Positions 28,249-38,910 of a DNA stretch of 64,000 nucleotides are shown here, piece after piece. Numbering within the stretch: the first letter of the stretch is position 1; each line of letters opens with the position of its first letter. Source of the DNA: Wenzhouxiangellaceae bacterium (GTDB lineage: Bacteria > Pseudomonadota > Gammaproteobacteria > Xanthomonadales > Wenzhouxiangellaceae). The translations under genes and the position numbers were made by a program. The notes under the pieces are model-generated. The model worked only from the letters and a program-made list of their open reading frames with translations, had not been told where the DNA came from and did not search any database. The stretch covers positions 20,918-84,917 of the forward strand of contig JAVVET010000001.1 in the NCBI GenBank assembly GCA_032251235.1, read 5' to 3'.

Positions 28249-30780
28249 TCACGCCTCGGGATTATCGGGCTTTTCCAGTTCTTCGCGAACGCGCGGCGCG
28301 ATCTGGATGATGGAATGGCGCACTTCCTTGTCGAGAATCAGCTTGGCATCGCGGGCAAACATTTCCAGGCGCCGGTCGAAAGTCAGGTTGCCCTGCTCGT
28401 TTCGGCCCAGGATTTCCAGGTTCTGCAGCGATTCGATAAACTGCTTGAATAATGTTCGGTCGGAAAACTCGGGTGCATCGAACTCGTGCAGCATCGAAAT
28501 GCGCTGCGCGCACTGGCTGCACAGGCTTTCGAGTTGTTGCCGGCTCAAGCGGCCCGAACCGTTCTTGGCCAGCACGGCAATCGTGATGTAGTAACGCTCG
28601 AAGGTTTGCAGCATGGCGTTGCCGAGCAACCTCAGGTAGTAGGTCTGGTTGGAGCCGCCGGGAGCGCGCTGCAGGTATTCGCCGCTCATGCCGAGCAGCC
28701 CGAGTCGAATCAGTGCATCGGTACAGCGCTGGATGATGATCGGCACTTCTTCCGGCGCCCAGGGCAAAAACAGTTCCTTTTTCAGGAAGGGGTAGACCGC
28801 CTCGGTCAGGCGCCTGACCCGGGTCTTGCGGACCCGAAGATTGTTGAGAAAGCAGCAGGCGATCCAGGCCGGCATCGCAAGCAGGTGCGAGATGTTGTTG
28901 CGGAAATAGGTCAGCAGCAGCGCGTTTTTCTGATCGACCCGGATGATGTCGCCGAGCGCGTGCTGCTGGCGCTCGATGATCCCCATGTCCAGGCCGTACT
29001 CGATCACCTGCCCGGGCGTGAGCTCGGTAATCGTGATCAACTCCGAATAAGCCGTCATCCGGATCAATTGCTGGTAGACGCCGATCATGGCCTCGAGATC
29101 CTCGGCATCCAGTGCCTGCTTGCGCGTGGCCAGCAGCGCTGCGGCCAGCAGGTTGATCGGATTGACGTGGGCCGCGCCGTTGATGTTGACGATGATCTGC
29201 TCGGCCAGGCTGTCGACGACCCTGGGCAGCCACTCGGGCCTTGCCTGGGTTTCCGGGTCGTGGCTGGCCCAGTCGGCACAATGCTCCTCGAGCAGCGGAT
29301 TGAGGCGAATCGGCTCGCCGAAACTGACCTGTACCTGGCCGTAATTCTTGCGCAGGATATTGACCAGGTTTTTGAAATCCGACAGCGATTCGGGCTTTTT
29401 GCCGTGCCCGGAGAGTTCGGAAATATACGAACTGCCCTCGGCCAGGCGCTCGTAGCCGATATAGACCGGTTGAAAGATCAACGGCCGCTGCCGATCGCGC
29501 AGAAAGGCGCGCACGGTAATCGAAAGCATGCCGACCTTTGGCGGAAGCAGGCGCCCGGTTCGCGAGCGCGTGCCTTCGACGAAGTATTCGAGCGCCACGC
29601 CCTTGTTGATGATGGTTCGGACGTATTCGTTGAAAACGGCCGAGTACAGGGGCTTGGCCCGAAACGATCGGCGCAGGTAGAACGCCCCGCCGTAGCGCAG
29701 CAGTCGGCCCAGGCCGGGCAGGTTCAAGTTGATGCCGGCCGCGATGTGCGGCGGCACGAAGCCGCGCCGGTACAGAATGAACGACAGCAGCATGTAATCG
29801 ATATGGCTGCGATGGCAGGGAACGTAAACGACCTCGTGGCCCTGCTGGGCCTCGCGGAAGCGACTGAAATGAAAGACCTCGACGCCGCGGTAGATGCGGT
29901 TCCAGAACCAGCCCAGCAGCATTTCGGCAATGCGGATAAACGAATAGGAGTAATCGGCGGCGATTTCGCGCGCATATTTCCTGGCCTGCGCCTCGGCCTG
30001 GTAAATCTCGATGCCCTCGCGGCGTGCCTTGGCGGCGATTGCCTGGCGCACGCTGGGTGAATGCGCGACCTGGTCGACCAGCGTGCGTCGATGCGAACGG
30101 TCCGGACCGATCGCCGAGGTGCGGACGCGCTTGAAATGCACCCGCAGCATGCGGCTGATACGCCGCAGCACGGTTTCGGCGTCACTGTCCTCGGCAAGCA
30201 TCGTGGCCAGCGATATCGGTCTTCCAAATTGCACGAACGTCGCCCGGCCGTTGACCAGCGTGGTCAGAAAACGCCGGGTGCGCCCACCCAGGTTCCAGTT
30301 CTCGGAAAACAGGATTTTGGCAATCGACTGTTCCTTGTCCGGCGCTCGTCCGATCAAAATCGTGACCGGAACGATTCGCACGTCCTCGAGCTTGTGTTCA
30401 TCGATCGCATCGACGAGCATCTTGACCAGCCGCGAGTGGCGCCGCTTTTCCAGTCTTCTAACCAGCAGGCCGTGGTAGCGGCGGCTGGCGCCAAAGCTGC
30501 GCGGCAGGTCGATATCGTCGTGCGCGAAAGGCTGGCTGGGCGAGGGCCAGTCGCGCTCCTGGCAGATCTGTTCCAGGATCAGCAGCGAGCTGAATGCATA
30601 GGTGTCGAGTACATAGAAAACCGGTGCGCCCGAGCCGGACTTCAATTCGGGCAGGTCTTCTGGGAGAAGGGTCGCGCGAACCCACAGGTTCAACACACGG
30701 CGACACAGCCGAACCCACCGAAGCTTCAGTGCATGCAGGGTCTGGCCGGGAAAGCGGCGGTGAAACACTGTTTCTGTCAT
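28249..30780 (-). CDS. plsB: Glycerol-3-phosphate 1-O-acyltransferase.
   Basis: It is 843 aa, with the acyltransferase motif I VPCHRSHIDYMLLS plus FVEGTRSRTGRLL. Confidence 0.9.
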   Translation of the reverse strand: MTETVFHRRFPGQTLHALKLRWVRLCRRVLNLWVRATLLPEDLPELKSGSGAPVFYVLDTYAFSSLLILEQICQERDWPSPSQPFAHDDIDLPRSFGASRRYHGLLVRRLEKRRHSRLVKMLVDAIDEHKLEDVRIVPVTILIGRAPDKEQSIAKILFSENWNLGGRTRRFLTTLVNGRATFVQFGRPISLATMLAEDSDAETVLRRISRMLRVHFKRVRTSAIGPDRSHRRTLVDQVAHSPSVRQAIAAKARREGIEIYQAEAQARKYAREIAADYSYSFIRIAEMLLGWFWNRIYRGVEVFHFSRFREAQQGHEVVYVPCHRSHIDYMLLSFILYRRGFVPPHIAAGINLNLPGLGRLLRYGGAFYLRRSFRAKPLYSAVFNEYVRTIINKGVALEYFVEGTRSRTGRLLPPKVGMLSITVRAFLRDRQRPLIFQPVYIGYERLAEGSSYISELSGHGKKPESLSDFKNLVNILRKNYGQVQVSFGEPIRLNPLLEEHCADWASHDPETQARPEWLPRVVDSLAEQIIVNINGAAHVNPINLLAAALLATRKQALDAEDLEAMIGVYQQLIRMTAYSELITITELTPGQVIEYGLDMGIIERQQHALGDIIRVDQKNALLLTYFRNNISHLLAMPAWIACCFLNNLRVRKTRVRRLTEAVYPFLKKELFLPWAPEEVPIIIQRCTDALIRLGLLGMSGEYLQRAPGGSNQTYYLRLLGNAMLQTFERYYITIAVLAKNGSGRLSRQQLESLCSQCAQRISMLHEFDAPEFSDRTLFKQFIESLQNLEILGRNEQGNLTFDRRLEMFARDAKLILDKEVRHSIIQIAPRVREELEKPDNPEA

Positions 30781-31088
30781 GCAATCAGGGCAACGACCGG
30801 AAGGGGCGCCAAGTTTACCACCGCAGATGGATCGAAAAAAAGCGCACAGGATCGCCCTGTCTGCAAACCGGGATTCATCGCTGCGGTCATGACATTGCGC
30901 AGCATGACTTTCGGGTCAATGGCCCGATCACGGCATCGACCAAACCATATAAAAGATGGTCTGCACAAGACTTCTTTTGCAAGACCTTATTTAAACGGCG
31001 CAAAGCGCGGCGATTTATACAATCGCTCGAAACACAAACTTCCGATGAGAATTGCCGCCGCCCACCGGGAGTCGGCCTGCGCCGTACA

Positions 31089-31811
31089 TCATGAGCGTGT
31101 CTGCAGCGAGTCGAGGATTTGGCGCTGGATCTCGCGTGCGGCACCGGCCGGATCGGCGGCGTCCCGAATCGGTCGGCCCACGACGATGTAGTCGGCACCG
31201 GCGCCGAAGGCCTGGGCAACGCTGAGGGTTCGCTTCTGGTCATCGACATTGGCCACGGGCCGAATGCCGGGGCAAATCACCAGCAGTTTCGAATCGACGC
31301 CTTCGCGCAGCGCCGGGAGCTCGAGCCCGGACGAAATCACGCCATCGCAGCCCAGCGCCAGCGCGCGCCGGGCGCGCGAGAGCACCAGTGCCGCAATATC
31401 GCAATCGAAGCCGAGGTCGTCGAGGTCGCCCTGGTCCAGGCTGGTCAGCGCAGTGACCGCCAGCACCCGGCTGTCGCCCTTGTTGCGTGCGGCTTCCGAC
31501 AACATCGCGTCCTGTCCGTGGACGGTCAGGAAATCGACCCGATGGCGCGCCAGCTGGGCCACTGCACGGCCGACCGTTGCCGGCACGTCGAACAGCTTCA
31601 AATCCGCAAAAACCCGCTTTCCGCGGGCCTTGAGTTCGTCGATCAATTCAAAATAGGCCCCGCTCAGGACCAGTTCGAGCCCGAGCTTGTAGAAGACCAC
31701 CGAATCGCCAAGCTGGTCGATCAGCGCCCGGGCCCTTGCTGCGTCGGGCACGTCGAGCGCGAAGATCAGGCGTTCGGCGGCAGGAATGTCTTGCTTGCTG
31801 GAATCCGTCAT
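31089..31811 (-). CDS. pyrF: Orotidine 5'-phosphate decarboxylase.
   Basis: LIFALDVPD, FYKLGLEL, FADLKLFDVP and TVHG motifs are present. The ATG at 31811 is preferred over the ORF start at 32093. Confidence 0.88.
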   Translation of the reverse strand: MTDSSKQDIPAAERLIFALDVPDAARARALIDQLGDSVVFYKLGLELVLSGAYFELIDELKARGKRVFADLKLFDVPATVGRAVAQLARHRVDFLTVHGQDAMLSEAARNKGDSRVLAVTALTSLDQGDLDDLGFDCDIAALVLSRARRALALGCDGVISSGLELPALREGVDSKLLVICPGIRPVANVDDQKRTLSVAQAFGAGADYIVVGRPIRDAADPAGAAREIQRQILDSLQTRS

Positions 31812-31907
31812 GGCGCCATTGTAAGGAATAATGCAGCCGTTCCGATGCGCTTTGACCGGCCGCTGTTCCGGGGCCATAATGCCAGCCTCGATCAACCAGC
31901 AGCCGCC

Positions 31908-32681
31908 ATGAACAGCGAAACCGACCGAAACGTCCGCGCCTTTGCGGCCGACTGTCGCCGCCTGCCGGCGACGGCACCGCTGCGCTGGCTCCGGCTGGGG
32001 TGGCGGGATTACCGCTCCAGCCCGGCGGTCAGCCTGCTCTATGGCCTGATCGTATTGACGATCAGCTTGCTGGTTTCGGTGATGGCCTGGCAACTGGGCA
32101 GCTATGTACTGGTCCTGTCGATGCTTTCAGGCTTCGTGTTTGTCGCGCCATTGCTGGCAACCGGACTGTATTCGGTCAGTCGCCAGATCGGCCGGGGCCA
32201 GCCGGTTTCCTTTGCCCGCTCGCTCAGGCGGATGCGCTTTGCACTCCGGGACGCGCTGGTATTCGCGCTTGTTCTGCTGGTGATCTTCCTGGTCTGGGTG
32301 CGCGCCGGTGTGATGGTGCACGTGTTCTTTCCGACCGGCGAAAGCCAGGATCTTTACCAGCTGCTGCGCTTTCTGGGAACCGGATCGGTGGTCGGTTCCA
32401 TCTTTGCCCTCGTGACGTTCTCGGCCGCGGCGTTTTCGCTGCCGATGATCGTCGACCGCGACGCCGACATGGTCACCGCATGCATTACCAGCGTCAACGC
32501 GGTGCTGCGCAACAAGCCGGCGATGGCGGTCTGGATCGCGTTGATCGTCTTGTTGACGGGTCTTGGGTTCGCCACCGCCGGGCTGGGCCTGATCGTGGTC
32601 ATCCCGCTGCTGGGCTATGCGACCTGGCACGGCTACGTGGAAACCATCGACGCTGGGCAATGGCCGCTGTCCTCGTCGTGA
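31908..32681 (+). CDS. DUF2189-type integral membrane protein.
   Basis: The N-terminus LRWLRLGWRDYRSSPAVSLLYGLIV is followed by five hydrophobic segments. The family assignment is from memory of the COG5473/DUF2189 pattern. Confidence 0.5.
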   Translation: MNSETDRNVRAFAADCRRLPATAPLRWLRLGWRDYRSSPAVSLLYGLIVLTISLLVSVMAWQLGSYVLVLSMLSGFVFVAPLLATGLYSVSRQIGRGQPVSFARSLRRMRFALRDALVFALVLLVIFLVWVRAGVMVHVFFPTGESQDLYQLLRFLGTGSVVGSIFALVTFSAAAFSLPMIVDRDADMVTACITSVNAVLRNKPAMAVWIALIVLLTGLGFATAGLGLIVVIPLLGYATWHGYVETIDAGQWPLSSS

Positions 32682-32764
32682 TCTGACCGGGCTCTTTTGC
32701 CCTATCCGTCCGAAAACATCGGACAACCAGGCTCCCGGGATTTTGCCTCTGCTCGGCCTTTGCT

Positions 32765-33970
32765 TCAGACCGCCTGACCTGCCGCGTGGCCCGAGGCCCA
32801 GGCCCACTGGAAGTTGTGGCCGCCGAGGTGGCCGGTGACGTCGACGACCTCGCCGATGAAATACAGCCCGGAAAAGCCTCGGCATTCCATGGTTTTCGAA
32901 GACAGGCAGTCGGTATCCACGCCGCCCAGCGTCACCTCTGCGGTTCGGTAGCCCCCGGTCCCATCGGGCCAGACTGTCCAGGCCTTGCAGTGGTCTACGA
33001 CGGTTTCGATTTCGCGGTCGCCGAGATCGCCCAGCGTCTTGTCGGGCAACCACAGTTCGCACCAGCGCTGGGCGATGCGCCGGGTCAGCGATTCGGCCAG
33101 CACGCTGCGCAGTTCGGTGCGCGGGCGTAGCTTGCGTTGCGACCGCAAGTACTCGCCCAGTTCGAGATCCGGGAACAGGTCGATGGTGATCGGCTCGCCG
33201 GGGGACCAGTAGCTGGAGGCCTGCAATATGGCTGGACCGCTCAGGCCGCGATGGGTGAACAGGATGTTTTCGCGAAAGCGGGCCGGGCCGGCGCTGGTGA
33301 CGGTATCGAGCGAGGCGCCGGCCAGGTCGGCCAGTTGCGCCAGCTTTCGGTCGGGCAGCGTGACCGGTACCAGCGCCGCGCGCGTGGGCCGGATGGCCAG
33401 GCCAAGAGACCGGGCGAATTCGAAGCCGAAGCCGGTCGCGCCCATTTTCGGAATCGAGTAGCCGCCGGTGGCGATGACCAGCGATTCGCAACTCAGCCTG
33501 CCGGCGGCAGAGGCCAGCCGGTGCGGCGGACCAAGCTGCTCGATGGTCAGCGCACAATCGGTTCGCACCTCGACGCCGGCGGCGGCGCACTCGCCAAGCA
33601 GCATGGCCACGATCTGTTTCGACGACTGCCGGCAAAACAGCTGGCCGAGCGTTTTCTCGAAATAGTCGATGTCGTGGCGCTCGACCAGGGCGATGAAATC
33701 GGCCGGCGTGTAGCGGCTGAGCGCCGATTTGGGAAAATGCGCGTTGGCCGACAGAAAGTTGTCCGGACCACAGAACAGGTTCGTGAAGTTGCAGCGCCCA
33801 CCGCCGGACATCAGGATTTTCTTGCCGACCTTGTTGGCGTGGTCGGCGACCAGCACCCGGCGCCCGCGCCGGCCGGCGGCAATCGCGCACATCAGCCCGG
33901 CCGCGCCGCCGCCGATGACGACCACGTCGAAGCTGCCGCGGGTCGGTCCATGAAGTTCGGTGGCATCCAT
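32765..33970 (-). CDS. NAD(P)/FAD-dependent oxidoreductase, HI0933/YhiN (BaiN-like) family.
   Basis: It carries FDVVVIGGGAAGLMCAIAAGRRGRRVLV and GGGRCNFTN. Confidence 0.8.
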   Translation of the reverse strand: MDATELHGPTRGSFDVVVIGGGAAGLMCAIAAGRRGRRVLVADHANKVGKKILMSGGGRCNFTNLFCGPDNFLSANAHFPKSALSRYTPADFIALVERHDIDYFEKTLGQLFCRQSSKQIVAMLLGECAAAGVEVRTDCALTIEQLGPPHRLASAAGRLSCESLVIATGGYSIPKMGATGFGFEFARSLGLAIRPTRAALVPVTLPDRKLAQLADLAGASLDTVTSAGPARFRENILFTHRGLSGPAILQASSYWSPGEPITIDLFPDLELGEYLRSQRKLRPRTELRSVLAESLTRRIAQRWCELWLPDKTLGDLGDREIETVVDHCKAWTVWPDGTGGYRTAEVTLGGVDTDCLSSKTMECRGFSGLYFIGEVVDVTGHLGGHNFQWAWASGHAAGQAV

Positions 33971-34108
33971 CGCGGCAGTCTATGCGATGCAGCACGGGCC
34001 ATGCGACCAGCGAGCACCGGCTGCCAGCGCCCCTGACCAAAGGCACACGCGGTCAGGATCAAAAGCGGGCAAAATGGGCGCTGGAATTTCACCTGGATGG
34101 ATTGACCG

Positions 34109-36202
34109 ATGATGAACATCCGTACTCTTGCAATGACCGCAGCGTTGGCTGCCACCGGATTGGCCATGGCACAGAATGATCCCTACCTGTGGCTCGAGGA
34201 AGTCGAGGGCCCGAATGCGCTGGCTTGGGCGCGCGGCATGAATGAACTGTCCCAGTCCGAACTCGAGTCGCATCCGCTGTTCGAGCCGATCCACGATCGG
34301 GCGCTGGAAATCCTGACCTCGGACGACCGCATCGCCTACCCGGCGCTGATGGGTGGCGAAGTCTACAACTTCTGGCGCGACGCCGAGCACGTGCGCGGCA
34401 TCTGGCGCACGACCTCGCTGCAAAGCTACCGCGGCGACGATTCGGACTGGAAGGTCATCATCGATGTCGACCGGCTGGCCGACGACGAGGACGAAAACTG
34501 GGTCTGGGCCGGATCCAATTGCCGCTACCCGGATTACGATCGCTGCCTGGTCGGCCTGTCGGTTGGCGGCGCCGATGCCTCGGTGCGGCGTGAATTCGAT
34601 CTGGAATCACGCACCTTCGTCGAAGGTGGATTCTTCGTGCCCGAATCCAAGAGCAGCATTGGCTGGCGCGACCGCGACAGCGTGTTCTACGGTCCGGCCT
34701 TCGAAGAGGCGGAAATGACCGATTCGGGCTACCCGCGCACTGTTCGCCTGTGGCGCCGGGGCACGGACCGCAATGCCTCCGAGCTGGTGTTCGAAGGCGA
34801 AAAGACCGACGTGGCATCTTCCGGAATGCGCTTGTGGGATGGTGATGATTACTACGACCTGATCGTCCGCGTGCCCGATTTCTTCTCGCGCCATTATTTT
34901 CGCTATGTTGACGGCGAAGTCCGGCGCATCGACATTCCCGAGGATGCCGAACTGGCCGGCATCCTCGACGGCCAACTGCTGGTCGAGCTGAAGTCGGACT
35001 GGGAAGTCGCCGGTAAAACCTGGAAGCAGGGTGCGCTGGTGGCCGCGACGATGGAGAGTTTCGAGGCCGGCGCGCCGGAGCTGAGCGTGGTATTCCAGCC
35101 CGATCAGCGGTCTTCGATCTCGGGCGTGACGACGACCGAATCGACGGTGATCGTCAACGTGCTCGACAACGTCGTCAGCCGCCTGCTGCGCTTCACGCAC
35201 AGCGGCGATGAAGGCTGGCAAAGCCAGGCCCTGGACGTGCGCGAACTGGGATCGATCGCCGTGGTGACCGCCGACGACAAGTCCGATCGTTTTTTCTACA
35301 ATTACACGGGGTTCCTGACGCCGTCGACCTTGTTCGAAGCCGATGCGGTGGCCAATACGCATACCGAAGTTCGCGCCGAACCGGCCTGGTTCGATGCTGA
35401 AGGTATGGACGTGGTCCAATTCGAGGCCACATCAGCCGACGGCGAACAAATCCCCTATTTTGTCGTGATGCCCAGGGGTTTCGAAGCCGATGGCGAAAAC
35501 CCGACGCTGCTCGGCGCCTACGGCGGCTTCGAGATTTCGCGGACGCCTTTCTATTCCGGCATAACCGGCTCGGCGTGGCTGGAACGCGGCGGCGTCTACG
35601 TGCTGGCCAACATCCGCGGCGGCGGCGAATTCGGGCCCAAGTGGCACCAGGCCGCGCTGAAGGAAAATCGCCAGCGCGCCTATGACGATCTGATCGCCGT
35701 GTCCGAAGACCTGATCGAGCGTGACATTACCTCGCCGGCGCAGCTGGGCATCCAGGGCGGCAGCAATGGCGGCCTGCTGGTGGCTGCGGTCATGGTTCAG
35801 CGCCCCGATCTGTTCGGCGCCGTGGTCAGCCAGGTGCCGTTGCTGGACATGAAGCGCTATCACAAGCTCCTGGCCGGTGCGAGCTGGATGGCCGAGTACG
35901 GCGACCCGGATGATCCGGCGCAGTGGGAATATATCAGCAAGTACTCTCCGTACCAGAACGTGTCGGCCGAGGCCGAATACCCGCGCCCGTTCTTTACCAC
36001 ATCAACCCGCGACGATCGGGTCCACCCCGGGCACGCGCGCAAGATGGTGGCGAAGATGCTCGACCAGGGTCACGACCTGCTGTATTACGAGAATATCGAA
36101 GGCGGGCACGGGGGTGCGGCCAACCTGAAGCAACGGGCCTATCTCAGCGCCTTGATCTATGCCTACCTGCACGCGCAGCTCGGAGACGCCGGGCCGGATT
36201 GA
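34109..36202 (+). CDS. Secreted prolyl oligopeptidase family serine peptidase (S9A).
   Basis: It has a signal peptide, DPYLWLEE near the N-terminus, the catalytic GGSNGGLL and a C-terminal DDRVHP...GGHGG. Confidence 0.85.
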   Translation: MMNIRTLAMTAALAATGLAMAQNDPYLWLEEVEGPNALAWARGMNELSQSELESHPLFEPIHDRALEILTSDDRIAYPALMGGEVYNFWRDAEHVRGIWRTTSLQSYRGDDSDWKVIIDVDRLADDEDENWVWAGSNCRYPDYDRCLVGLSVGGADASVRREFDLESRTFVEGGFFVPESKSSIGWRDRDSVFYGPAFEEAEMTDSGYPRTVRLWRRGTDRNASELVFEGEKTDVASSGMRLWDGDDYYDLIVRVPDFFSRHYFRYVDGEVRRIDIPEDAELAGILDGQLLVELKSDWEVAGKTWKQGALVAATMESFEAGAPELSVVFQPDQRSSISGVTTTESTVIVNVLDNVVSRLLRFTHSGDEGWQSQALDVRELGSIAVVTADDKSDRFFYNYTGFLTPSTLFEADAVANTHTEVRAEPAWFDAEGMDVVQFEATSADGEQIPYFVVMPRGFEADGENPTLLGAYGGFEISRTPFYSGITGSAWLERGGVYVLANIRGGGEFGPKWHQAALKENRQRAYDDLIAVSEDLIERDITSPAQLGIQGGSNGGLLVAAVMVQRPDLFGAVVSQVPLLDMKRYHKLLAGASWMAEYGDPDDPAQWEYISKYSPYQNVSAEAEYPRPFFTTSTRDDRVHPGHARKMVAKMLDQGHDLLYYENIEGGHGGAANLKQRAYLSALIYAYLHAQLGDAGPD

Positions 36203-36240
36203 TGCTGCCGGCAAGGCAAGCAATGTTGCCGCGCCCGGGC

Positions 36241-38004
36241 TCAGTCCGGGTCGTCGGCAAAAACGATTCGATCGCGACCGGCGTGCTTGGCGCGATAAAG
36301 TGCGGCGTCGGCGCGCTCACGAATGCCGGTCAGTGTCTCGCGCCGATCGCTGCGTTGGGCAATGCCAAAGCTCATGGTCACGGTCAGCAGTGGATCGCTG
36401 TCCCGGTGCTCGGCCAGCGCCGCCCGCAGTTGCTCCAGTGGCGCGGTGATGTCGTCCGGGCGCTTGCCGGGTAGTGCAATGCCGAATTCCTCGCCGCCGA
36501 TTCGGCCGATGATTCCGTGCTTGGAGAACGATTCGCGCAGCCGTGCGCCGACCCGCCGCAGCACCTCGTCGCCGGCCAGGTGGCCATGGCGGTCGTTGAT
36601 CTGCTTGAAATGGTCGATATCGGCCAGCAACAGCGTGAACGGCAGGTTTTTTTCAACCGAAAGATCGAATGCGCGACCGGCCAGTTCGAAAAAGCGCGTG
36701 TGATTGCTCAGGCTGGTCAGGCCATCGCGATTCGACAGGTTCTGGAAACGACGTCGCTCGCGGGTCGTGCGGATCAGCAGCATCAAAAGGATGATCATCA
36801 GCAGCGCGGTCAAGCCATAGGCGAAGACATTGAGGCGTTGGCGCTGTTGCCGGCTTTCAGCCTCGAGTTCGCGCACGCGCGCCTGTTCGCGCAACAGTTG
36901 GAGTTGCTGCTGGGTATGGCGCAGGTCGAAGTCCACTTCCAGAAACGCGACTCGTCGCGCCCGCTCCATGTCCAGATGTTTTTCGCGCGCGTCCATGCGC
37001 GCTTCAAAATGTTCCATTGCCCGCGGCAGGTCGCCGCGATTTCTGGCGATATTGCCGAGCATCCAATGCGCTTCGGCCAGGTAGTCCCAGGTCTGTTCAT
37101 CGGCGAGATTGTCCATCACCGGCCTTAGCAGCGCCGTGACCCGTTCGTGGCGGCCTCGCTCCATTTCCAGGCGCGCGTAATACAGGCTGGCTTCGGAAAC
37201 GCCGCTTTTAAATTCAGCCCGCTCGAGCGCGGCCAGCGCTTTTTCGAACAAGGATTCGGCCGCGCCATATTCCCCGGCCGCTCGCAAAAGATCGGCGAGA
37301 CCACTTTCCGAGATCGAAGCGCTCAATTCGTCACCGGCTTCAAGGCAGTGCGCGACTGCCGCACGATAATATCGACGCGCCTGGTCGAGCTTGTGGTCGA
37401 GCTTGTTGACGAACGCCAGTTGTTGTTCGGCATAGCACAGGTCGCGCGGCTGGCCGGTTCGGCGGGCCTGTTCGAGCGCGAGATGCCCGAATTCCCGGGC
37501 CCGCGGCAACTCACCGACCTGCGCATAGGAATACGATGCCAGCCCGTAAAGGCCTTCGTTGAGTACCGCCTGTTCCTGACTATCGAGTAGCGCAAGCCCG
37601 TCGCGCAGGTAGCCGAATGCAGCTTCGAAGCGCCGGCCGAGGATTGCGATGTTGGCCCCCAGCCGGTAGCTGCGGACTTTCTGACGCGCCGTCAATTCGC
37701 GCTCCAGCAGATCATCGACTGCGCTCAATGCAGCTTCAGGCTTCCCCGACAGAATCAGGTTGCGGGCCTCGAGGTAGGCGTATTCGGCGTATTGCTTTTT
37801 GCTGGCCAGGTCGAGGTGCGGCCGCAGTTCGTCGAGAATGGCCTGCGACTCGCGCCAGGGTGCCGTGGTATTGAGCGCGATGGCGCGATCGAGCTTGTGC
37901 CCGAAGGCCTGGCGAGTCAGGTCGGCCCCCTGGGCGAGCGAGGCGGACATGCACATAGACATGCACAACCAGAAACTGCTTGCCGTTATCCCCCGTAGAA
38001 ACAT
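36241..38004 (-). CDS. Diguanylate cyclase with an N-terminal periplasmic TPR-like sensor region, one TM segment and a GGDEF domain.
   Basis: The active site is GGEEF, and the flanking sequences are DIDHFKQINDRHGHLAGDEVL and AALYRAKHAGRD. It has a signal peptide and a TM segment (LTALLMIILLMLLI). No RxxD I-site is evident upstream of GGEEF. Confidence 0.85.
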   Translation of the reverse strand: MFLRGITASSFWLCMSMCMSASLAQGADLTRQAFGHKLDRAIALNTTAPWRESQAILDELRPHLDLASKKQYAEYAYLEARNLILSGKPEAALSAVDDLLERELTARQKVRSYRLGANIAILGRRFEAAFGYLRDGLALLDSQEQAVLNEGLYGLASYSYAQVGELPRAREFGHLALEQARRTGQPRDLCYAEQQLAFVNKLDHKLDQARRYYRAAVAHCLEAGDELSASISESGLADLLRAAGEYGAAESLFEKALAALERAEFKSGVSEASLYYARLEMERGRHERVTALLRPVMDNLADEQTWDYLAEAHWMLGNIARNRGDLPRAMEHFEARMDAREKHLDMERARRVAFLEVDFDLRHTQQQLQLLREQARVRELEAESRQQRQRLNVFAYGLTALLMIILLMLLIRTTRERRRFQNLSNRDGLTSLSNHTRFFELAGRAFDLSVEKNLPFTLLLADIDHFKQINDRHGHLAGDEVLRRVGARLRESFSKHGIIGRIGGEEFGIALPGKRPDDITAPLEQLRAALAEHRDSDPLLTVTMSFGIAQRSDRRETLTGIRERADAALYRAKHAGRDRIVFADDPD

Positions 38005-38277
38005 TTCAAGCCACTTTTATTGATGTTCGCAAGCTTCGCCCCGACCCCTGGAGTTGCAAATTCCGACAAGCCGCCGAATCGCCTGGACGAACTGTAATTT
38101 TCATTGCCATCTAACCGCCTTTCGGCCAGGCGAACAGAGTGCGCACCATCGACAAGCTGCAGAGTCACGGCGTGTAGCTGGTTCCAAAACAGCATATTCT
38201 TTGACGTGACCTTGTTGTCAACTCCGACTCACCCGAGCGGCCTGAACGGCACGACAGGCGCATCGAGCGGATTCGGA

Positions 38278-38853
38278 CTACCGGGGTTCACTGACGAAAT
38301 CCGCAAAGGTCTTGATCACGACCTCGAGTCGCTGTTGATGGTCGTGCGTGTGCAGTTGCCCGTGCTCGTCGAATGCATCCGCGGCACCGGCCAGCGTGAA
38401 GTCGTTTTCAAATACGCTGACGCCGATATTGCCGAGGATGGAGCGCACTGTCGCGATCGAACGCTGGCCGCCGAATCGTCCCGGAGAGGCTCCGATCAGC
38501 AGCGCCTTTTTGTTTTTGTACGGCCCCAGGTCGCCGCCGCCGGTTTCTTTTCTCGAGACCCAGTCGATGACGTTTTTCATCAGCGGCGTGATCGAGCTGT
38601 TGTACTCGGGACAGGCCAGCATCAGCGCGTCGCAGTCGAGCATCATTCGTCGAATCTCGGTCGCGTGGGCCGGCTGGCCCTGTTCGGCCTCGAGGTCTTC
38701 GTCCATGATCGGCAGCGGAAAGTCGGCCAGTTCGATGTGCCGGACATCGAGATCGGCCTTGCCGGCCAGTTCAACGGCCAGCGCGAGCAGTTTGCGGTTG
38801 AACGACTCCTTGCGGGTGCTGCCGGCAAAAGCGAGTATTTTTGCGTGTTTCAT
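38278..38853 (-). CDS. NADPH-dependent FMN reductase family protein.
   Basis: It carries KILAFAGSTRKESFNRKL and PEYNSSITPLMKNVIDWVSR. Confidence 0.8.
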   Translation of the reverse strand: MKHAKILAFAGSTRKESFNRKLLALAVELAGKADLDVRHIELADFPLPIMDEDLEAEQGQPAHATEIRRMMLDCDALMLACPEYNSSITPLMKNVIDWVSRKETGGGDLGPYKNKKALLIGASPGRFGGQRSIATVRSILGNIGVSVFENDFTLAGAADAFDEHGQLHTHDHQQRLEVVIKTFADFVSEPR

Positions 38854-38910
38854 GCTTCCTCCTTTGGCAATTCAGGTGAGTGCAGAACGAATGTACGGTG
38901 CGAACCGTCC

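Noticed and set aside
32682-32764. A short stretch (…GGCTCTTTTGCC…AACCAGGCTC…ATTTTGCC) with faint resemblance to the central part of the 168-bp repeat.
   Set aside because: Only scattered 8-10-nt matches are present, with no terminal inverted repeats. The evidence is insufficient to call a degenerate third copy without a computed alignment.
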